DNA from: an uncultured Pelagibacteraceae bacterium
GTDB taxonomy: Bacteria; Pseudomonadota; Alphaproteobacteria; Pelagibacterales; AG-422-B15
Length of the DNA stretch: 64,000 nucleotides
NCBI GenBank assembly: GCA_902570675.1
Contig: CACFYZ010000004.1
Span: 8,755-72,754, forward strand
Direction: 5' to 3'
Shown piece by piece: positions 47,780 through 62,295 of this stretch (the stretch's first letter is position 1; each line of letters begins with the position of its first letter). Under the pieces are notes generated by a model that worked only from the letters and a program-made list of their open reading frames with translations, searched no databases and was not told where the DNA came from. The position numbers were made by a program, and so were the translations under genes.

Positions 47780-49174
47780 ATGATTCAAAAAATAAGACAA
47801 GAACAAGATAGTATTGGTATAATTAAAGTATCAAATAATAATTTGTGGGGTGCTCAAACTCAACGATCTTTGAAGAATTTCAAAATTGGTAATAACCTTA
47901 TGCCGATTGAGATTATTCATGCATTAGTCACAATTAAAATGGCATGCGCTAAAGTAAATCAAAAACAAAAAACTTTGGCTCCTAAAATTGCAAAAGCGAT
48001 AATCAATGCATCAAAAAATATTCTTACTGGAAAGTATAATGATCAATTCCCGCTTTCGGTTTGGCAGACTGGATCTGGAACTCAAACAAACATGAATGTA
48101 AATGAAGTCATCGCTAATCTTGCCAATAAAAAACTTACCGGGAAACTTGGAACGAATAGTCCAGTTCATCCGAACGATCATGTTAACAAAAGTCAATCAA
48201 CCAATGACAGTTTTCCATCTGCAATTAATATTGCGGCCTCAAAAAAAGTTACAAATGAACTTATTCCGGCTCTAAATGAAATGGAGAAAATTTTAAGTAG
48301 TCAGTCTAAGAAATGGAAAAGTGTTATCAAAATTGGAAGAACACATTTGCAAGATGCAACTCCCTTATCACTTGGACAGGAGTTTTCAGGGTATCATGCA
48401 CAAATTGATATGAATATCAAACGACTCAAAACAGCCCTGATAAATTTAAATTATTTGGCTCAAGGAGGAACAGCAGTAGGAACTGGGCTCAATACAAAAA
48501 AAGGGTTTGATAGGCATGTTGTAAATGAAATAAGTAAAATTAATAAAATCAAGTTTAAACCTGCGAGCAATAAATTCCAAGCTTTGGCCTCTCATGACTC
48601 TCTTGTCGAGCTATCAGGGGTATTAAATGTTACTGCAACAGATCTTTTCAAAATTGCAAATGACATAAGGCTTTTGGCTTCTGGACCAAGATCAGGTCTT
48701 GGAGAATTGAATTTACCTGAGAATGAACCTGGTTCATCTATAATGCCTGGTAAGGTAAATCCAACTCAAAGTGAAGCTTTAACAATGGCTTGTTTACAGG
48801 TAATGGGCAGTCATAATGTAATATCAATGGCAGGAACTCAAGGTCATTTTGAACTTAATGCTTTTAAACCAGTAATTGGCTTTAATATAATTAATGCAAT
48901 CAATTTATTATCCTCGGGGGTTACAAACTTTTGTGAAAAGTGCCTCAAAGGAATTAAACCAAATTTAAGAAATATAAAAGAAGGAGTTGAAAACTCTTTA
49001 ATGCTCGTAACTGCTCTTGCTCCTGAAATTGGATATGAGAAAGCGGCTGAGCTTGCAAAGCTTGCGCATAAAAAAAATATAACGCTTATTGAGGCAAATA
49101 AAATACTAAAATACATTGATGTGAGAAAGATAAAGTCTCTTCTTAATCCATCGAAAATGATTTCTACGTCTTAA
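47780..49174 (+). CDS. fumC: Class II fumarate hydratase
   Basis: 464-aa ORF with the GSSIMPGKVNPTQSEA signature. Confidence 0.95.
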   Translation: MIQKIRQEQDSIGIIKVSNNNLWGAQTQRSLKNFKIGNNLMPIEIIHALVTIKMACAKVNQKQKTLAPKIAKAIINASKNILTGKYNDQFPLSVWQTGSGTQTNMNVNEVIANLANKKLTGKLGTNSPVHPNDHVNKSQSTNDSFPSAINIAASKKVTNELIPALNEMEKILSSQSKKWKSVIKIGRTHLQDATPLSLGQEFSGYHAQIDMNIKRLKTALINLNYLAQGGTAVGTGLNTKKGFDRHVVNEISKINKIKFKPASNKFQALASHDSLVELSGVLNVTATDLFKIANDIRLLASGPRSGLGELNLPENEPGSSIMPGKVNPTQSEALTMACLQVMGSHNVISMAGTQGHFELNAFKPVIGFNIINAINLLSSGVTNFCEKCLKGIKPNLRNIKEGVENSLMLVTALAPEIGYEKAAELAKLAHKKNITLIEANKILKYIDVRKIKSLLNPSKMISTS

Positions 49175-49182
49175 AAAATTAC

Positions 49183-49398
49183 ATGGCCAACTCAAATAAG
49201 CGTACTGTCAATATTGATGGCCACATCACAAGTGTTTTTCTTGAGAATGAATTTTGGGAAGAAATAATTAAGATAAGTAAAAAAGAAAATACGTCACCAG
49301 ATAGAATAATCTCAAAAATAGATAAAAATAAGAATACGTCCAATTTATCGAGCGCCATTAGACTATATGTCCTGAATCACTTAAAGGATCAATTATGA
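49183..49398 (+). CDS. Small ribbon-helix-helix (RHH_4-like) protein
   Basis: 71-aa ORF. HITSVFLENEFWEEI...NLSSAIRLYVL matches my recollection of the alphaproteobacterial RHH_4 pattern. Its stop overlaps the uvrD start (ATGA). Confidence 0.55.
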   Translation: MANSNKRTVNIDGHITSVFLENEFWEEIIKISKKENTSPDRIISKIDKNKNTSNLSSAIRLYVLNHLKDQL

Positions 49399-51613
49399 CC
49401 GCAGTAAATTATTTAGAGAGTCTTAACCCTTTGCAATACGAGTCTGTTTGTAGTACTGAAGGTCCAAATTTAATTATTGCAGGTGCAGGTACTGGGAAAA
49501 CTAAAGTTCTTACCACTCGAGTTGCTCATATCATTGATAATAACCTAGCATTCCCCTCTCAAATTCTATGTGTAACTTTTACAAATAAGGCTGCGAGAGA
49601 AATGTCTGAACGTGTACAAAAACTAGTTAGCCAAAATATGGAAAAAATGCCATGGATGGGAACATTCCATTCAATCGGAGCAAAGATAATTAGAAACCAT
49701 GCAGAGGTAATAGGTCTTAAACAAAGTTTTACTATTCTCGATAAGGATGACCAACTTTCGCTAATTAAACAAATAATAAAGGCTGAAAACTTAGATCAAT
49801 CCCAATTTTCACCAAAACTAATACAATCCAAAATTGATCATTGGAAAAACAAAGCCCTTAATCCAAATGAAATTAAATCTGAAACATTAGATAATTTAGT
49901 AGATGAGAAGAGTCTTTCTATATATCAAATTTATCAAGCAAGATTATTTGAAATAAATTGCCTAGATTTTGGTGACTTACTTCTACAATGCATCAATCTT
50001 TTTAAGGTATCAGATATTCACAAGCGTTATAGTAATAATTTTAAATATATTCATGTTGACGAATACCAAGATACTAATGCTGCACAATATAAATGGCTAA
50101 AACTTCTAGGTTCCCATCACAAAAATGTTTGTTGTGTTGGAGATGATGATCAATCAATCTACAGTTGGCGTGGAGCTGAAGTTGATAACATGCTTCGATT
50201 TGAAAAAGAATTTGAAAATGCAAAGATAATACGACTTAAACAAAATTATCGCTCAACAAATAATATACTTAAGTCTGCCTCATCATTAATTAGTTATAAC
50301 GAATACAGGCTTGGTAAGGAGCTTGTTTCGGAACAAGGCGATGGGGAGCCTATTCATCTTCATTTAGTAAATTCAAGTAGGGATGAAGCCGATTTAGTTG
50401 CGCAGGATATAATGAAATACAGTGACGATAACCCTGACCTAAATAACATCTCAATACTAGTAAGGGCAGTATTTCAATCACGTGAAATTGAAGAGTCTTT
50501 AATAAAATACTCAATTCCCTATCGTATTGTAGGCGGCATTCGTTTCTATGAACGATCTGAAATTAAAGATGCAGTTTCATACCTCAGGTTGGTATATGAA
50601 AGTCAAGACGATGTTGCATTTGAAAGAGCTCTAACGGCTCCTAAAAGAGGCATAGGAGAAAAATCATTTAATCACATTTTATCTTACGCAAAACAAAAGC
50701 GTATCTCATTGTATCAAGCGTCAAAAAGTATGGTTGATACTGATGAGTTTACAAAAAAAATCTCTACAAGCTTAAAAGCATTTATTTCTGTCATCGATCG
50801 AGGAAAATCATCCATTGATAACATGCAGTTTTATGACATTTTAAAAATGCTACTCGATGAGTCTGGTTATATGAATATGCTTAAAAATGATAAAAATGTT
50901 TCTGCTCAGACAAAAATTGAAAATATTAAGGAATTAATTATTGCAATGGAAGATTATAACAATATCGAAGAGTTTTTAGAGCACGTATCGCTAGTCACAG
51001 CCATAGACGAAAATAATGAAGATAATAAGGTTAGCATTATGACTCTTCATGCTGCAAAAGGACTTGAATATGATTATGTATTTTTACCTGGATGGGAAGA
51101 GGGACTTTTTCCTCATCAAAAAACAATTGATGAAACTGGAAATAAAGGCATTGAGGAGGAACGAAGACTTGCTTATGTTGGCATAACGCGTGCTAAAAAA
51201 ATAATTAATATCTCAACCTCAATGAGTCGTCGGTTTCAAAACAATTGGATGCCCTCATTGCAATCTCGATTTATTGAAGAGTTAGATCAAGAATTAATAA
51301 AGACTGTTAATCACGCTTCCAGTCATATGGATAGATTTCAAAATCAAGAATTTGATGAATTCAATCAAGATTTTGACTTTAAACCGAGAAAATTAGATTT
51401 TAAAAATAATCAATCTCCAAGTTATCGAACAGTTGTTGATCTTGAAATTGAAAATGTAAGAGATATTAATGATGACGTCATACTTAAAATAGGGCAAACA
51501 GTTGAACATAAAAAATTTGGCGTTGGTCAAATAAAAGATATTGATGGCACAAAGGCGGTTGTGGATTTTGATAAACATGGTACAAAAAAATTAATATCTG
51601 ATTTTCTTAAACC

Positions 51614-51620
<7 letters not shown>
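49395..51620 (+). CDS. uvrD: UvrD/Rep/PcrA-family SF1 DNA helicase
   Basis: 741-aa ORF with motifs AGAGTGKT, TFTNKAAREM, DEYQDTN, VGDDDQSIYSWRGA and VGITRAK, plus a C-terminal Tudor-like tail. Confidence 0.9.
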
Positions 51621-55366
<3,746 letters not shown>

Positions 55367-56125
55367 TTAACTTAAATCTTTGACAAGTTCATAGCTTTTT
55401 ATATACCAATCACTGCTTGGAAAATTAAATCCAAGAGTTGAGGCATAGTTTTTTGCTTCTTCATGAAGTCCTAAAGATAAATATATTTCAACTAATCGGT
55501 GTAATGCCTCCTCTGTGTAGACTGACGTATCATATTCTCTTAGTATTTTGTTGTATCGATTAATAGCTGAAATCCATTGATGATTAAATTGATAATATCT
55601 AGCAATAACAATCTCCTTGGCAGCTAATCTATCATTTATGATATCAATCTTTTCGTATGCATCATCCGCAAATTCAGACTCAGGATATCTATTAACAACT
55701 TCATAGAAAGCTTGTTTTGATTTTGTAGTTAAGCTCTGATCTCTTTCTACATCTTTGATTTGCTCAAAATAATTAAGCGCTCTTAAATAATAAGCGTATG
55801 ATATTTTTTTGCTACTTGGATATAAAGCAATAAATCTTTCTAGCGCATCAATGCTTTCCTCGTGCATTTGAGATTTAAAGTAACAAAAAGCAGTCATAAG
55901 TTGTGCTTGATTTGACCATTTTGAGTAAGGGTATTGTCTCTCAATATCTTCAAAAAGAATTGCTGCATCTACAAAATCTTTTTTTCTAACAAGTTCAATA
56001 GCATTAGAATATAAAATCTGCAGTTTCTCTCCTTCTGTTTCTGGAATCGCAAGTTTTGTACTTGTGCAACCAGCTAGTAAAAAACACACAAATACAGCAG
56101 CTAAAAGCAGTTTAATTTTATTCAC
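55367..56125 (-). CDS. bamD: Outer membrane protein assembly factor BamD (TPR lipoprotein)
   Basis: 252-aa ORF with lipobox LLAGC and TPR-like repeats. Conserved position next to lpxC. Confidence 0.8.
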   Translation of the reverse strand: MNKIKLLLAAVFVCFLLAGCTSTKLAIPETEGEKLQILYSNAIELVRKKDFVDAAILFEDIERQYPYSKWSNQAQLMTAFCYFKSQMHEESIDALERFIALYPSSKKISYAYYLRALNYFEQIKDVERDQSLTTKSKQAFYEVVNRYPESEFADDAYEKIDIINDRLAAKEIVIARYYQFNHQWISAINRYNKILREYDTSVYTEEALHRLVEIYLSLGLHEEAKNYASTLGFNFPSSDWYIKSYELVKDLS

Positions 56126-56175
56126 AAGAAGGATTTTAACGAAAATTTTTTTAGATTAAAGGACTAATCTCAAGA

Positions 56176-57099
56176 CTAAATAGCAACTGATACTTCTTCA
56201 ATATAATCTATATTCTCCAATTTTAAATTATACGGTGCATGATCTTCAAAAATCCAGTTGGAGTCATCTGACATAATGGATTTCATTAGATCATGTGTTA
56301 GCCTGTGGCCACCCTTATAGATTTCAAATGATCCCTTTATGCTAGAGCCAAGCAAGAAAATATCACCTATGAAATCAAGAATTTTATGTTTCACAAATTC
56401 TTTTTCCTGTCTAAGTGGATTTTTATTCATAATTCCATGATCATCTAAAACAATTGCGTTATCAAATGATCCACCTGCTATAAGTCCTTTCTCTCGGAGA
56501 TAATCAACTTCGTGTTTAAATCCAAAAGTTCTACAATTTGAGATTATTTTTTTGTAATCAATTTCTTGATCGAAATTAAAACTAAACTGTTGTGTCTTAA
56601 TTGATTGATGATCATAATTGATTGTATAATCTATTTGAAATTCTTCAGACGGCTGGACTTTAATATAAGATTCATTATTTCTAGAGATAATTGGTCTTAA
56701 AATTCTGATAATTTTCTTCTTTGAACTTAAATATTTAACTCCTACACTTTCAATACCTCGAACATATTCATCTGCACTTCCATCTAGTATTGGCATTTCG
56801 TCAGTATCTAACTCTACAATTGCGTTATCAATTTTCATACCATGAAATGCGGACATAATATGTTCAATAGTTGACACACTAATATTATTTTTGTTTGCAA
56901 TCTTTGTACACAAATCTGATTTTATTACGTTTTGATAATTTGCCTTAATTATTGTGTCACCATGAGATACTTTTAAATCATTTCTTTTAAACACAATGCC
57001 TGTATCTGCTGGCGCAGGGTTAACAGATATATTTGAATGTTTACCACTGTGAAGGGTAATACCGCTTAAATTAAAAGATTTATTTATGGTCATTTGCAT
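56176..57099 (-). CDS. lpxC: UDP-3-O-acyl-N-acetylglucosamine deacetylase
   Basis: 307-aa ORF with N-terminal GITLHSGK, TIEHIMSA and HKILDFIGD zinc-site motifs. Confidence 0.9.
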   Translation of the reverse strand: MQMTINKSFNLSGITLHSGKHSNISVNPAPADTGIVFKRNDLKVSHGDTIIKANYQNVIKSDLCTKIANKNNISVSTIEHIMSAFHGMKIDNAIVELDTDEMPILDGSADEYVRGIESVGVKYLSSKKKIIRILRPIISRNNESYIKVQPSEEFQIDYTINYDHQSIKTQQFSFNFDQEIDYKKIISNCRTFGFKHEVDYLREKGLIAGGSFDNAIVLDDHGIMNKNPLRQEKEFVKHKILDFIGDIFLLGSSIKGSFEIYKGGHRLTHDLMKSIMSDDSNWIFEDHAPYNLKLENIDYIEEVSVAI

Positions 57100-57174
57100 A
57101 CTTCTAATTTATACGATTTGAGAGTTTCGCTTTACAGACAAAGATTGTTACTATTTGTTACTTTTTGGAACTCT

Positions 57175-58362
57175 CTATAAATTACGAAAAAAATTGTAAA
57201 ATATTGATAAAATTGATTTTTTTTTCGTATTTTTATTTGTATTTTCGCCCTCTAGAACATGGTTTGTTGCATATGAAAGTAATCCAAATGCTGAAACTAA
57301 TGAGGGATTGTCAAGAAATGTTTTAGATCCGTTAATTTTTTTTGTGGATCCTAGACGAAATTGCCTCAAATTAAACTTTTGTTTCATTAATTTTTGAACA
57401 GTTAAAGACTTAGCGCCATAGCCAGTTAATACAATATTACTTGAAATTAATGAATTGAATCTTGATGTTTCAATTTTTCTATTAATTAAATCAACAAGTT
57501 CATTTGCTCTAGAAATGTAAATATCAAAGAACCGGTCTAATGTTTTATTATTTTTACGATCAAAATCAACAATGTCGAGTTGTTTTCTGATTTTTTCTGA
57601 CTCATCTAAGGAGATGGACTTTATTTGTGAAATATCATTAGCAAAATGGAAAGTGCCAATTTTAATAAGATCATACCCGATAATTTGACCATCAAAAGTG
57701 TAAGACAAAATTGTTTTATTTTTTTGAATATCTATTGTTACTGCTCCATTATCAGATTCGTAATCATCTAATACAGCTAAACTACTAGAATAATGACTTG
57801 AAACCACTTGTTTTAGATTAATCTCTAATTCATTAAATAACGAATAAACTTTATTTAAATAATCTTTTGATACATTAATAATATGCCACTTTACCATTAA
57901 TTTATCAGCCTTTTGGCCAATAGGTTCTGAGACACTTTTTTTATCATTTATTCTATAACTAATAGGAAAAGAATGAAGTGGCTCTTCATTTTGGGTATAT
58001 AGTTCTTTAAAAGAATCTGAGCTAAAAAATTGTTTTATATTTTCCTCATTAATATTGCTATTACCAATATTAACCTCGAAGTTTAAATATTTAGATGATA
58101 AATTTTCTGAAATACTTACAAATATATCCTGTAATTTAACACCTGCTTCTTTTTCAGCTGATTTTATTGCATCACCGATATATTTTTTTATAATTTCACT
58201 ATCAAGTGCTAATGGTTTAAGGCAATCCACAGGCATTTTTGATGTTCCTATGCCAATTAGTTGTAATATTTTACCTTTATTTATAATTTGCAGCTCTTGT
58301 GCAATTAAGCAAATGATTTTATCTGCTCTAATATCTACCGCACTTATAATATTCTGCTGCAT
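57175..58362 (-). CDS. ftsA: Cell division protein FtsA
   Basis: 395-aa actin-fold ORF directly after ftsQ. The C-terminal amphipathic tail is KKKSILSIFYNFFRNL. The sequence is divergent. Confidence 0.8.
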   Translation of the reverse strand: MQQNIISAVDIRADKIICLIAQELQIINKGKILQLIGIGTSKMPVDCLKPLALDSEIIKKYIGDAIKSAEKEAGVKLQDIFVSISENLSSKYLNFEVNIGNSNINEENIKQFFSSDSFKELYTQNEEPLHSFPISYRINDKKSVSEPIGQKADKLMVKWHIINVSKDYLNKVYSLFNELEINLKQVVSSHYSSSLAVLDDYESDNGAVTIDIQKNKTILSYTFDGQIIGYDLIKIGTFHFANDISQIKSISLDESEKIRKQLDIVDFDRKNNKTLDRFFDIYISRANELVDLINRKIETSRFNSLISSNIVLTGYGAKSLTVQKLMKQKFNLRQFRLGSTKKINGSKTFLDNPSLVSAFGLLSYATNHVLEGENTNKNTKKKSILSIFYNFFRNL

Positions 58363-59099
58363 TAAATTTCATCTACACCGTATTTTATTTCTCCATCTAA
58401 TACTTTTAATGAAGCTCGACCATTAATTCTTAAATCTATTTCAATAACGTTACTTTCTAATATTTTTTCTTCTATGAATAAACTTTTAAGATTTATAAGT
58501 GATTTACCAACATTTTCATCTGGAAGTTTAATAATTAGATTATTATTGAGGCTTAGATTCCATCTTCTTTCTTCAACAAACTCAAGTGTTTTAATTTTTT
58601 TTATTAATGATGGAAAGTGAATATTTATTTTTTTAATCAAATCTTCTAAATTAAGATTAGATTGATTACCTCTCACAATTAATAAGTTATGATCGTAAGT
58701 ATCTTGATTGACTTTTGTGATAAATGAACCGTCAACATCAATTAAATATGTATCTTGATCTGAAACGTAAACTGCAAAAGGGTCATTTTCTGTAATATTA
58801 ATTTCTATTGTTGAAGGAAAAATTTTTTTAATGTTTACCTTTTTTACCCATTCTTGAGCTTCAATTACTTCTTTTAAACTTTGTAGCTTAATCAAATATA
58901 AATCTTTATTTTGTGCTATAACTAAATTTTTTATATCTTGTTTATCAGATTTATCGTCACCAATAATATTTATATTTTTTATTAGAAACTTATTTTTTAA
59001 GATTTGAGGATATTGAATACTTAAAAATAAAATAAGGCTAATTAGAAATACAAGTGATATTGAAGTATAATTTATTATTTTGATTAATTTACTTTGCAT
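58362..59099 (-). CDS. ftsQ: Cell division protein FtsQ (POTRA)
   Basis: 245-aa bitopic ORF between ddl and ftsA. It has an N-terminal TM helix and a POTRA-like segment. Confidence 0.75.
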   Translation of the reverse strand: MQSKLIKIINYTSISLVFLISLILFLSIQYPQILKNKFLIKNINIIGDDKSDKQDIKNLVIAQNKDLYLIKLQSLKEVIEAQEWVKKVNIKKIFPSTIEINITENDPFAVYVSDQDTYLIDVDGSFITKVNQDTYDHNLLIVRGNQSNLNLEDLIKKINIHFPSLIKKIKTLEFVEERRWNLSLNNNLIIKLPDENVGKSLINLKSLFIEEKILESNVIEIDLRINGRASLKVLDGEIKYGVDEI

Positions 59100-59991
59100 C
59101 TTCGATCATCCATTTAATTAAATCATCAAAATTAACTCCATGATATTTAGCAATTTCAGGCACAAGGGAAGTTGGAGTCATCCCAGGTTGCGTATTTAAT
59201 TCTAAAATATAAAACTGTTTACTGGAGCTGTCTAAAATAAATTCTATTCTAGAAATCCCCTTGCAGCCAATTAAGTGGTGTGCTTTAAGTGCAAGTTTTT
59301 CTACTTCTTTAATTTGATCATCATTTAGTCGAGGGGGGATAATATGTTTTGTCTGACCTTTATCAAAATATTTTGATTCGTAATCATAAAATTCATTTTT
59401 GGGATCGATTTCTAAAGAGCCTGTTTTGTTATTTCCAAAAATTGCTACATTTATCTCAGGACCTTTAATAAATTGTTGTATAAGAACCTCTTTTCTAAAC
59501 ATATTTTCCTGAATGTAATTTTCTTTGTCTGACTCAGAGCGTATTATACCAACTCCAACACTTGAACCTTCACTCCTTGGCTTTAAGACAAAAGGGTATT
59601 CAAAAAAATTTTGCTTATTTATTTCATTAATTTTTATTAGATAAGTTTTAGGATGAAAAAAATTATTTTTATTAAATACCTCAGCTGATTTTATTTTATC
59701 CATTGCAATTTGTGATGCTTCTACCCCTGAGTGAGTATAAGGTATTTTAAATCTTTCAATTATTTTTTGCACCTCTCCATCTTCCCCCCAAGTTCCATGT
59801 AATCCATTAAATACTAAATCAGGTTTGTATTTATTTAAATCTACTGCAAGATTTATGCCTGCATCAATTTCTATTACATTATGACCTATGTTATTTAAAG
59901 ACTCACTTATGGCTTTAGCAGTTATGATGCTTATTTCTCGCTCCGCAGATATTCCTCCATATAACAACATTATATTTAAAGAATTTTTCAT
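59089..59991 (-). CDS. ddl: D-alanine--D-alanine ligase
   Basis: 300-aa ATP-grasp ORF with LHGTWGEDG, VLKPRSEGSSVGV and ELNTQPGMT motifs. Confidence 0.9.
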   Translation of the reverse strand: MKNSLNIMLLYGGISAEREISIITAKAISESLNNIGHNVIEIDAGINLAVDLNKYKPDLVFNGLHGTWGEDGEVQKIIERFKIPYTHSGVEASQIAMDKIKSAEVFNKNNFFHPKTYLIKINEINKQNFFEYPFVLKPRSEGSSVGVGIIRSESDKENYIQENMFRKEVLIQQFIKGPEINVAIFGNNKTGSLEIDPKNEFYDYESKYFDKGQTKHIIPPRLNDDQIKEVEKLALKAHHLIGCKGISRIEFILDSSSKQFYILELNTQPGMTPTSLVPEIAKYHGVNFDDLIKWMIEDAK

Positions 59992-60911
59992 CTATTTCCG
60001 AGAATCTTAATTTCCCACTCAAGATTTATTCCTGTGCTGGCCCTCACATTCCTTCGAACTTCTTCCCCAAAATCTTCAATATGATTTGCTGATATAAACT
60101 GAGTATTCACAATAAAATTTGCATGCTCCCTAGAAAATGAAATTCCATTTTTCTTGAAGATATCTTGATTTGACTTCTTTATGAGACTCCAAGCTTTTTC
60201 ATTAGTTTGATTTTTAGGGTTTTTAAATGTACTGCCAGCAGTTCTTACTTTTTGAGGCTGAGATTTTTTTCTTTCTTCATCTATTTTTGTCATTTCATTT
60301 AATATTAATTTTTTTTCTTTTATTTTTTTTTTAAAGTACACCTCATAAATTAATAAATTATTTATTTTATTATTTTTTCTATAAGTAAACATATGTTCAG
60401 AATTCTTTAGCTCACATAATTTTCCATCAAAAGTGATACATTTAGCTTTCTTAAAAATATCTTTAGTTTCAAAACCATAACAACCTGCATTCATTGAAAT
60501 AGCCCCACCAATTGAACCGGGTATTCCAAATAAAAATTCAAAACCACCAATGCTCTTATTTAAACAAAATTTTGCTAAAACCTTATCATGAGCAGCTGCA
60601 CCTACTACTAATTCTTCTCCATTATCAACAATATTACTAAATGATTTCCCGAGCTTCATTACAACACCAGAAATACCTCCATCTCGTATAATTACATTTG
60701 AACCAAGTCCTAATATAGTTATATTCATCTCCTTTGGTCTATTTTCTAATAATAATTTTAAATCTGTTAAATCGTCGGGAACAAAAAATATTTCTGCATT
60801 TCCAGCAATTCCAAACCATGTATTCTTAGATAGATTGTGATTAAAGTTATATTTACCTTTAATATTTAGATCTGAATGCAGTTTATAAAATATTTTTTGT
60901 TGATTATTCAT
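59988..60911 (-). CDS. murB: UDP-N-acetylenolpyruvoylglucosamine reductase
   Basis: FAD-binding GLGSNVI and IPGSIGGAISMNAGCYG motifs. Start at MNNQQKIF (60911) is preferred and overlaps the murC stop by 8 nt. Confidence 0.9.
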   Translation of the reverse strand: MNNQQKIFYKLHSDLNIKGKYNFNHNLSKNTWFGIAGNAEIFFVPDDLTDLKLLLENRPKEMNITILGLGSNVIIRDGGISGVVMKLGKSFSNIVDNGEELVVGAAAHDKVLAKFCLNKSIGGFEFLFGIPGSIGGAISMNAGCYGFETKDIFKKAKCITFDGKLCELKNSEHMFTYRKNNKINNLLIYEVYFKKKIKEKKLILNEMTKIDEERKKSQPQKVRTAGSTFKNPKNQTNEKAWSLIKKSNQDIFKKNGISFSREHANFIVNTQFISANHIEDFGEEVRRNVRASTGINLEWEIKILGNR

Positions 60912-62295
60912 AAATATTTTTAATATCTCTAGAAAAATCCTTTGCCCATTCTGTGACAGTACCAGCACCTAAAAATAAGAATACAGTTTCAGATTTCTTA
61001 ATACTTATAAACTGAAATAAATCTTCATTATTTGAATAATAACTGACTTTTACTTTTGAATTTTTAGTAATTTTTTCTGTTATTTTTCTTAAATCAAAAT
61101 TAATTGGTTTTTTTTCACCGGCTGCATACACATCTGATATCATTACATGGTCACATTCGCAGAAACACTTTGCAAACTCGTTTTTTAAATTACTTAGTCT
61201 TGAATAACGATGAGGTTGAAAAATTACTACAATCTTATTATTTAACCAAGATTTTTTTAATCCTCTAATAACATTACTTATTTCTGTAGGATGATGAGCG
61301 TAGTCATCGATTATTTTTATATATTCGTTTTGCCACCTAACTGTTAGTCTTCTTTGAACACCCGAAAATTTTGATAGCGCCTTTTTTATGGCTAAAAAAT
61401 TAAGATTTAAATTAGTTGCAACGGCAATTGCGGCTAGGGCATTATTAATATTGTATTCGCCATAAAGTGGTAATTGTATATTTTTTATTATTTTATTTTT
61501 ATTTTTTATGATTGCATCAAAACAAACTCCTGTCCTTAGATATTTAATATTTTTTCCTTGTATGTCAGAAGGTATTTTGCAACCATAAGTGATAATATTA
61601 GTTGATGTATTTTTCTTAATTATTTTCCTTAGATTTTCGTCATCATTACACACAACGGCAACTCCATAAAAAGGAACTTGATTAATAAATTTCTCAAATT
61701 TTTTTCTAAGGTTCTGAAAGTTATTATAAAAGTCTAAATGCTCCTTATCGATATTGGTAACAACAGATATAGTGGATTGTAATTTAACGAATGTACCATC
61801 AGACTCATCAGCTTCTACTATCATCCATTCTCCATTTCCAAGTTTGGTATTTGTTCCGTAATCGTTAATAATCCCACCATTGATTACTGTTGGCTTCAGC
61901 TTCGACGCTCCTAGAATTGAAGATATAAGCGAAGTAGTTGTGGTTTTTCCGTGAGAACCAGAAATAGCGATTGTTTTTTTTAGTTTAACTAGCTGAGAGA
62001 GTATGTTAGCCCTCGATATAGAGGGTATTTTGTTTTTCAAAGCAAATTTTCGCTCTGTATTATTTTTACTTATTGCCGACGAATACACTAAAAGATCCAC
62101 ATTCTTCATATTGTTTATGCTGTGACCTATAAATGTTTTAATTTTACGTTGATTCAAACGAATAATATTTGCATTTAAATTTACATCACTACCTTGCACT
62201 TTATAGCCTAGTCCATGAAGTATCTCAGCAATTCCGCTCATACCTATTCCACCAATTCCAATAATATGAATTCTTTTATTTTTGCTTATTTTCAT
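60904..62295 (-). CDS. murC: UDP-N-acetylmuramate--L-alanine ligase
   Basis: 463-aa ORF with HIIGIGGIGMSGIAEIL and GSHGKTTTTS motifs. Confidence 0.95.
   Translation of the reverse strand: MKISKNKRIHIIGIGGIGMSGIAEILHGLGYKVQGSDVNLNANIIRLNQRKIKTFIGHSINNMKNVDLLVYSSAISKNNTERKFALKNKIPSISRANILSQLVKLKKTIAISGSHGKTTTTSLISSILGASKLKPTVINGGIINDYGTNTKLGNGEWMIVEADESDGTFVKLQSTISVVTNIDKEHLDFYNNFQNLRKKFEKFINQVPFYGVAVVCNDDENLRKIIKKNTSTNIITYGCKIPSDIQGKNIKYLRTGVCFDAIIKNKNKIIKNIQLPLYGEYNINNALAAIAVATNLNLNFLAIKKALSKFSGVQRRLTVRWQNEYIKIIDDYAHHPTEISNVIRGLKKSWLNNKIVVIFQPHRYSRLSNLKNEFAKCFCECDHVMISDVYAAGEKKPINFDLRKITEKITKNSKVKVSYYSNNEDLFQFISIKKSETVFLFLGAGTVTEWAKDFSRDIKNIYE

Noticed and set aside
57145-57162. Direct repeat TTGTTACT-N2-TTGTTACT (10-nt period) and a flanking 7-bp inverted repeat GAGAGTT/AACTCTC between ftsA and lpxC
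   Set aside because: These are short, A/T-rich and unsupported by any known box I can name (not a CtrA, DnaA or LexA consensus). They could be chance in this base composition.
58055-58426. 123-aa plus-strand ORF across the ftsA/ftsQ junction
   Set aside because: It is antisense to two well-supported dcw genes, has no start context, and gives an Ile/Leu/Ser-rich shadow-frame product.
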